A stretch of DNA of 64,000 nt from a virus (lineage: Duplodnaviria > Caudoviricetes), in IMG/VR virus record IMGVR_UViG_3300009170_000006, positions 3,721 through 67,720 of that record. The stretch is one strand, 5' to 3'. A model generated the notes under the pieces. It did no database searches and was not told where the DNA came from. It worked only from the letters and a program-made list of their open reading frames with translations. A program made the position numbers and the translations under genes. How positions within the stretch are numbered: the first letter of the stretch is position 1; the number at the start of each line of letters is the position of its first letter. This document shows positions 58,558 through 64,000 of this stretch, one piece after another.

Positions 58558-59094
58558 TTATAGTTTAAAATAAGATTTAAAGAACTTAATAAGTAATATT
58601 AATAATAATATAGTAGCTGTAATCCAAAACCACCAGAAGGTAAAGCCATCAAACTTATTTCTGTGTTCTAACTCACATATCTTTTTAACTGTATTTTCTG
58701 TATGACTGTATTTGTCAAGAGTAATTCTATGTTCTAACCATTGTACTCTAGCTTTTAAACTATCTGTTTCACACTCAACTACTAATACATTTCCTACTGA
58801 TTTAACTGTACTCTTTAATCCGCCTTTAGTTGTTGTCTTACTAAAAGGCTTAAGATTACCAAGTGAATCACAAAGTAGCTTACAAGGGTTTTCTAAATAG
58901 ATAGGAGTGTTTACTACTGTAGGAATATATATTAAAGAATCTTTATAGACTACTGAGTCTTTCTTTATAACAACAATACTATCTTTTCTTTCACAGTATT
59001 TAGATAAAAAATTATCTTTTTGTCTTTTAGTAGCTACACATTGTGTAAAAATTATTACTATTAATACTATAAAAATTTTACTTAGCTTTTTCAT
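58558..59094 (-). CDS. Putative unimolecular spanin (lipoprotein with C-terminal TM)
   Basis: MKKLSKIFIVLIVIIFTQC lipoprotein-like signal; C-terminal FWWFWITATILLLILLI; adjacent to holin and amidase. Confidence 0.6.
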   Translation of the reverse strand: MKKLSKIFIVLIVIIFTQCVATKRQKDNFLSKYCERKDSIVVIKKDSVVYKDSLIYIPTVVNTPIYLENPCKLLCDSLGNLKPFSKTTTKGGLKSTVKSVGNVLVVECETDSLKARVQWLEHRITLDKYSHTENTVKKICELEHRNKFDGFTFWWFWITATILLLILLIKFFKSYFKL

Positions 59095-59308
59095 CTGTAA
59101 AAAAATTAGTTAAAAACTTACCTATTATACCTACTAATAAGGCAGTTCCAATCATAACTTTTAATTCATGATCTGTGTATATTTGTTTTAATTGATCAAA
59201 AGCTATCAAGCCTCCTGCACCAAATAGGCCGGCTACAGCCAATAAAGAATCTCCAACTTTTCTCCAGGTCCAGGGAGTTGGCTTTTTATAATTTTTCATT
59301 AAGTTCAT
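59078..59308 (-). CDS. Putative holin
   Basis: 76 aa, two hydrophobic helices, next to the endolysin. Confidence 0.6.
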   Translation of the reverse strand: MNLMKNYKKPTPWTWRKVGDSLLAVAGLFGAGGLIAFDQLKQIYTDHELKVMIGTALLVGIIGKFLTNFFTDEKAK

Positions 59309-59309
59309 A

Positions 59310-59999
59310 TTATAAGGATTTAATTAATTCTAATAACTGAGGATGAGGATACATATCAGATTTATCTTTTCTTACATTAGTATGAGTCCATAAACCAGAC
59401 ATACCTTTAACAGCTGCTTGATTAAATTCAAAACAATCTTCATTACCAAGAATTAATTGTAATCCTTGTTTAAGATCAATTTTAGGATGTCTTTTGGCTA
59501 TATCAAGTAATAAAAGTTTTAAGCTTTCTAATTGTTTAGGTGTATATGCATGCCAATACATATAACCTTTAAAAGGTTTAGTTAATTTAATAACCATCTT
59601 AGCAGGTACTATACTCTTTACATAATTATAATAGTTACCATCTTTGCCTAAAACAATAGGTCCATAATTACATACTTCAATAGCAATAGATTTTTTATTT
59701 AGAATAGAATTATTAGAAGCTGTAGTACCTAAGTGATGAGCCCAGAATTTATCATCAAAAGCTCTTACTATAACACCATCCCATGCAGTATCTTTAGGAT
59801 CTCTAGTAGATAATCCACCTATTACATAAGCAGTAGCTACTTTTAAACTTAAGCCGCTTTTAGTTTTATCATGCTCCCAACAAGCTACAGTCCAATCTGG
59901 CCTATGGCTTCCGGCAGTATGGTGAATAAATACAGTATCTTTTTCATAGACTTCACTGTAGTATTCATCAGATTCAAGTAAACAATTTTTAATTTCCAT
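59310..59999 (-). CDS. Endolysin, N-acetylmuramoyl-L-alanine amidase (Amidase_2)
   Basis: FIHHTAG, WAHHLG, SIAIEVC, YTPKQLESL, WTHTNVRKDKSDMYP. Confidence 0.9.
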   Translation of the reverse strand: MEIKNCLLESDEYYSEVYEKDTVFIHHTAGSHRPDWTVACWEHDKTKSGLSLKVATAYVIGGLSTRDPKDTAWDGVIVRAFDDKFWAHHLGTTASNNSILNKKSIAIEVCNYGPIVLGKDGNYYNYVKSIVPAKMVIKLTKPFKGYMYWHAYTPKQLESLKLLLLDIAKRHPKIDLKQGLQLILGNEDCFEFNQAAVKGMSGLWTHTNVRKDKSDMYPHPQLLELIKSL

Positions 60000-60042
60000 A
60001 ATATTAATCAGACTACATTAATTAATAAATAAACAAACTTGT

Positions 60043-60375
60043 TTACTTTGTTCTTAAAAAGATCTTGTCAATCTTTTCTTCAATTCTTATTTGTGAATTT
60101 TTTACATCAATCACTTGATCTTGAACAGCTTTCATTTGCTCTTGTGTAGCTCCTTGAAATACAGCTGAGTTATTTACTGCATCAGTTAAATCTTTAATAT
60201 TAGTTTTAACATCATTTATTTGTTCAGTATGTTCTGTAAGAGTAAGGGTGGTTTTAAAATAAAAACCATACCCTACAGATACTGCGGCTATTAAAGCTAC
60301 TAATATACTAAGTACATTACTGGTTATTGTTGTTTTTCTTAAATGTTTCTCTAGTACTACAGTATCTATTGCCAT
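60043..60375 (-). CDS. Single-TM coiled-coil protein (lysis-associated?)
   Basis: VLSILVALIAAVSVGYGFYF followed by a coiled coil; directly upstream of the amidase. Confidence 0.5.
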   Translation of the reverse strand: MAIDTVVLEKHLRKTTITSNVLSILVALIAAVSVGYGFYFKTTLTLTEHTEQINDVKTNIKDLTDAVNNSAVFQGATQEQMKAVQDQVIDVKNSQIRIEEKIDKIFLRTK

Positions 60376-60385
60376 AAGTAAATTG

Positions 60386-60604
60386 TTATAAAGGATTCAA
60401 TCCTATTTTAACTGGTTGACCATTTACAGTAACTTGCAAGTCTGTTATGAATGTACAATTATACTTCTTTAAAATTGGCTCAATTTCTTTAGCACATGCT
60501 TCAGCTCTTAACATTTTTGCCTTTTCAATTTCTGCTTGTAATTGTGCTTCATTACTAGATGATGCTGATTCTTCAATTGGTTCTACAGTTGTGATATTTT
60601 CCAT
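60386..60604 (-). CDS. Hypothetical protein
   Basis: Probable start MENITT at 60604 (the track start overlaps the promoter); EIEPILKKYNC. Confidence 0.6.
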   Translation of the reverse strand: MENITTVEPIEESASSSNEAQLQAEIEKAKMLRAEACAKEIEPILKKYNCTFITDLQVTVNGQPVKIGLNPL

Positions 60605-60631
60605 GTTATTTTTTTTAGTTGGTTTATAAAG

Positions 60632-60663
60632 CAAATATAATAATTTCTAAGTTATTATCCAAA
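60632..60663 (-). promoter_or_regulatory. Bacteroidota sigmaA-type promoter of the lysis region
   Basis: TTTG (60660-60663), 20-nt spacer, TATATTTG (60632-60639). Confidence 0.7.
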
Positions 60664-60679
60664 ATTTATTTAAAGTTTT

Positions 60680-62212
60680 TTAGTTATCAAACATTGTTAA
60701 AAAATTACCTGCACTTGGAGAATATGGATAATACCAGTTTATAGTATCTACTAAAACAGCAGTAGGTCCGCAAGCAATAGTTTGACCAAAACCACTATCT
60801 ATTCTTACTGCATCCGTATTAGTAACTATTTGAGTTGCTAAAGGATTTAAAGTAAATATAGCCCTTACAGTGCTAGATGATGATACAATATTAAGCTTAC
60901 TACCTGCACCAAATCCAGTAAAGGTTAAAGCTGAATTTACAGTATAAGTATTAGAATCTTTTAATGTTATTGTTCTAATAGTACTCGGAACAACACTTAA
61001 AATATTTGTAGTAAATCCACTAGATCCTGCAAATATGACATTTCCAGAACTTCCAAGAGTTAAAGTATTACTAACATTTAATGTTGAATCTAAAGTTATG
61101 GTTCCACTAGTTATATTTAGATTAGTAAAAGACATACCAGATGTATTTAAACTGGCCGTACCTGTTATATTAAGAACACCATTTTGAACTATAGTACCTG
61201 ATATATAAGTTATTTTTCCTGTAAAGTAATTTAAATATGAGGTAGTAGGTGTAGATAAAGTAAATGTACCTGTAGTGTTAATAATTAAATCATTTTCTAG
61301 AGTATAATAATAATCAGGAGTTATCCAAGTTCCGGTTCCTGCTATTATTAGTTTAGTTGTACCACTTGATGCAAGAGAAAAGAAACTTCTATAAATAATA
61401 ATATTATTACCAGTTAAAACTGGTCTACTAAGATTTAAATCATTACAATATAAGTCAGATAATATATTAATAGTTTGTGTAGGACTAATAGTGATATTTT
61501 CCCATGTTATAAGTGGTGAAAAATTAACAGTCATAGGTGCTGTAGCCCCTCTAAGATAAAGATAGATATTTCCACTTTTTACTACAGTACCTGAGACATA
61601 TATCAAACTGTTTCCAATTGCCATTGCTCCTATGATAGTAATAGTTCCACTGCCCGCATCAATTACAACAGGATTATAGATTGTATCAAATACACCATTT
61701 CCATTAAAATAGCCAGTTCCTGTTAATTTAATAGTAGTTGTTCCTGATACCTTACAAAACCCCGTATGAATAACATTTTTAGTACAATATACATTATTAC
61801 CATTCATTTGAACATTAGCACCAGATTGAAATAATAGTAAATTTGATATATACATATTATCTACAAGAGTGATAACAACATTATTTAAAGAAAATGCAAG
61901 AAAAGGAATGGCTTTACCATTACTTGTTATACTTGAATTTGCATTAATATTGATATACGTTGTTCCTGTAATAGTCATACTACTACTAAGAGTAATATTA
62001 CCTGAAACTAATAAAGTAATATTAATTGCAAGAGTAGCAGTATATCCTGTAAGATTAATTGACTTACAGTAACCTACGACACCTACTACTGTTAAATTAC
62101 CACTAGTACCTGTTGCTACTACATCATCTGCAGCAGTAGGTACTATACCTTCTACCCAAGTTGATGTTGAATTATAAGTTCCCCCCGTATTTGATATTGT
62201 CCTTATTGCCAT
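60680..62212 (-). CDS. Beta-helical tail fibre/adhesin-like protein
   Basis: 510 aa, T/N/I/G-rich; N-terminal STWVEGIVPTAADDVV; C-terminal GNFLTMF. Confidence 0.6.
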   Translation of the reverse strand: MAIRTISNTGGTYNSTSTWVEGIVPTAADDVVATGTSGNLTVVGVVGYCKSINLTGYTATLAINITLLVSGNITLSSSMTITGTTYININANSSITSNGKAIPFLAFSLNNVVITLVDNMYISNLLLFQSGANVQMNGNNVYCTKNVIHTGFCKVSGTTTIKLTGTGYFNGNGVFDTIYNPVVIDAGSGTITIIGAMAIGNSLIYVSGTVVKSGNIYLYLRGATAPMTVNFSPLITWENITISPTQTINILSDLYCNDLNLSRPVLTGNNIIIYRSFFSLASSGTTKLIIAGTGTWITPDYYYTLENDLIINTTGTFTLSTPTTSYLNYFTGKITYISGTIVQNGVLNITGTASLNTSGMSFTNLNITSGTITLDSTLNVSNTLTLGSSGNVIFAGSSGFTTNILSVVPSTIRTITLKDSNTYTVNSALTFTGFGAGSKLNIVSSSSTVRAIFTLNPLATQIVTNTDAVRIDSGFGQTIACGPTAVLVDTINWYYPYSPSAGNFLTMFDN

Positions 62213-62213
62213 A

Positions 62214-64000
62214 TTATGATTGTTGTGTTGTTACTACACAACCCCATTTAGTTAAAATAGAGTCATATATAAAACCAATTGTTAATATTTTACCTGCAAC
62301 TGTAGATGTTGGTAATGAAGCTCCCATTTGAACAAAAGATGTACCCCAAGCAATTGTTCTACTTGTACCATTATCTTTTATTCTGAATAACAATTTATCA
62401 AAGTTGTTAGGAGATCCTGTTATTGAAATACTAGAAATACCTGTTGCTAAAGCTGTAATACTTACTGCATCATATAAATCTGTATTAATTGCAGGAGTAG
62501 CAGTACTAACAATAGTAACAACTCTTGGTAAAATTCTACCTGTTAAAGTTGTAGCAGTAGCATTACCTAAGTTAGGAGTTATTAATGTTGGACTAGTTAA
62601 TGTTGGACTAGTTCCAAATACTAAAGATCCTGTTCCTGTTTCATCAGTTATTACAGTAGCTAATGCAGCTGAAGTTGTAGTAGCCGTACCAAATTGACTT
62701 AAAGAACTATTAGTATTAGCTTTATTATTAAAAATAGTAAAAAATGTACCTGTTAAGTAACCATTTGTAGTACCATTAGCAGCAGGCATTGAAACAGTTC
62801 CTGCAGTATTAACTAATGGAGCACTGAATGTATAAATTGGAGGTACAACATATGGTATGTTTAAAGTTCCTCCTAAAGTTAATGAAGCAGGACCTGATCC
62901 TGTTGTAGTAACAGTAAGAGCAACTTGTTTATTTGTAAATGTTGTGTAGTCTGTAGAAGTTAAAACACCTCTAGATCCAGCTGAAGCATTTGGAATACTT
63001 AAAGTTATTACAGGAGTTGTAGTTCCTGTAGCTACTGTTGAAGATACATCCGCTCCAGTAGTTCCTAAAGTTAAAGCTGCAACAGATGTTACAGTTCCTA
63101 CTGTCCAAGATCTATTAGCTGATAAATCAAAAGAAGTTCCATTAATAGATAAAGTTCTTGTTGTAGGGACACCTCCTAAACCAGTTAAGCTATAAGTTGG
63201 TACTGTAAGGACACCTGTACCTGCAACATAAGTAGATGATCCACTTGTTGGAGCAGTATTAAGAGTAATAGATGCTCTTGCTCTAGCATCAGTATAATAT
63301 AAATTAGTTAGTTCGGGAACTACACTTGTATTTAATGTTTGAAAAGTTTTATCTCCTCTCCAATATTGAAGAGTAGTTCCTCCTATAATACCCGGTTCTT
63401 TATTAAAAAAAGTATTCCAGTTTGCACTTGTCAAATAACCATTAGTTGCACCATTAGCCATAGGCATAGCAAAAAGCCCTGCACCATTATAAGTCATTGG
63501 ACTAGTTGCTGACAAAGCACTTAAAGAAATACCACCTAAGCCGGCAAGAGTGTATGTAGGAATAGTTAAGACATTATTATTTGGTCCTGTTAATGTAGCT
63601 GGAGCACTTGTAGCTGGAGTTAATAAAGTTCCTAAAGCATTTTGTTTACCACTAAAAATACCATGATCTGTAAAAGTTAAATATCCATTATTTATACCAG
63701 TAGCTGCAGGCATACTAAAAGCTCCTGTAAGATTATTATAGTTTAAAGGATTTGATGCAGACAAAGCTGTTAATCCTACACCACCTAAACCAGCTAATGT
63801 ATAAGTTGGGATAGTTAATACAGATCCAACTAATGTAGATGAACCAGAATTTGGTAGAGTATTTAATGATATAGGATTTTGTTTAGCAGTAAAAGTATTC
63901 CAGTCACCAAAAGTTAAATAACCATCTTGTGATGTATTAGCTACCAACATTGAAATTGTACCAGTTCCACTATTAAATAATACTGGATTAGTAGCACTGC
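62214..64000 (-). CDS. Tail fibre protein (5' truncated)
   Basis: The frame stays open to the window edge (SATNPVLFNSGTGTISM...); T/G/A-rich repeats; GTGSLVFGTSPTL; C-terminal IKDNGTSRTIAW domain. Confidence 0.75.
   Translation of the reverse strand, partial: SATNPVLFNSGTGTISMLVANTSQDGYLTFGDWNTFTAKQNPISLNTLPNSGSSTLVGSVLTIPTYTLAGLGGVGLTALSASNPLNYNNLTGAFSMPAATGINNGYLTFTDHGIFSGKQNALGTLLTPATSAPATLTGPNNNVLTIPTYTLAGLGGISLSALSATSPMTYNGAGLFAMPMANGATNGYLTSANWNTFFNKEPGIIGGTTLQYWRGDKTFQTLNTSVVPELTNLYYTDARARASITLNTAPTSGSSTYVAGTGVLTVPTYSLTGLGGVPTTRTLSINGTSFDLSANRSWTVGTVTSVAALTLGTTGADVSSTVATGTTTPVITLSIPNASAGSRGVLTSTDYTTFTNKQVALTVTTTGSGPASLTLGGTLNIPYVVPPIYTFSAPLVNTAGTVSMPAANGTTNGYLTGTFFTIFNNKANTNSSLSQFGTATTTSAALATVITDETGTGSLVFGTSPTLTSPTLITPNLGNATATTLTGRILPRVVTIVSTATPAINTDLYDAVSITALATGISSISITGSPNNFDKLLFRIKDNGTSRTIAWGTSFVQMGASLPTSTVAGKILTIGFIYDSILTKWGCVVTTQQS
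63170..63950 (-). repeat. Degenerate tandem repeats within the tail fibre
   Basis: LT[IV]PTY[TS]L[AT]GLGG occurs three times; GYLT....F..K[QE] units recur. Confidence 0.7.

Noticed and set aside
2911-62697. All plus-strand ORFs in the track and the short nested minus-strand ORFs (e.g. 10005..10211, 17880..18131, 46752..46997, 48819..49091)
   Set aside because: They are antisense or alternative-frame shadows of long genes, with no recognisable motifs.
1-64000. Stop-codon reassignment (TAG to Gln or TGA to Trp) as in some crAss-like phages
   Set aside because: Long ORFs are intact under code 11. TAG ends MCP and portal, and TGA ends several genes at sensible boundaries. Only one anomalous stop (a TAA) was seen.
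60680-64000. Diversity-generating retroelement acting on the fibre genes
   Set aside because: There is no reverse transcriptase, and the repeats differ at synonymous positions rather than specifically at adenines.

Overview
An AT-rich 64-kb fragment of a crAss-like phage (Crassvirales-type) genome, probably infecting a Bacteroidota host (TAnnTTTG promoters, A-rich leaders without Shine-Dalgarno sites). All credible genes lie on the minus strand and form the virion/late module. In transcription order (right to left) it holds tail fibres, a lysis cassette (amidase, holin, u-spanin-like lipoprotein), a metallophosphoesterase, HU/IHF-like and PD-(D/E)XK genes, terminase, portal, scaffold and major capsid. 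These are followed by eight tiny Lys-rich genes, ring/auxiliary capsid/hub proteins, a very Cys-rich fibre block, the muzzle, and large Cys-free ejected ('cargo') proteins. The module ends in a giant virion RNA polymerase gene that runs off the left edge. The standard genetic code fits, and I saw no tRNA, CRISPR array, intron or intein. Five observations stand out. (1) A 3'-UTR hairpin before a terminator exposes a loop antisense to a TAAACYAA motif found in many gene leaders (candidate phage sRNA). (2) The only Cys of a 1819-aa cargo protein is its last residue and the only Cys seen in the next protein (RNAP) is residue 3, suggesting head-to-tail disulfide chaining. (3) A hydrophobic-x-x-GG motif is repeated across cargo proteins and small basic proteins and delimits toxin-like modules. 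(4) A single in-frame TAA interrupts the RNAP gene. (5) A nuclease domain is embedded in a cargo protein. Functional calls come from motif recognition and synteny only; no database search was run.
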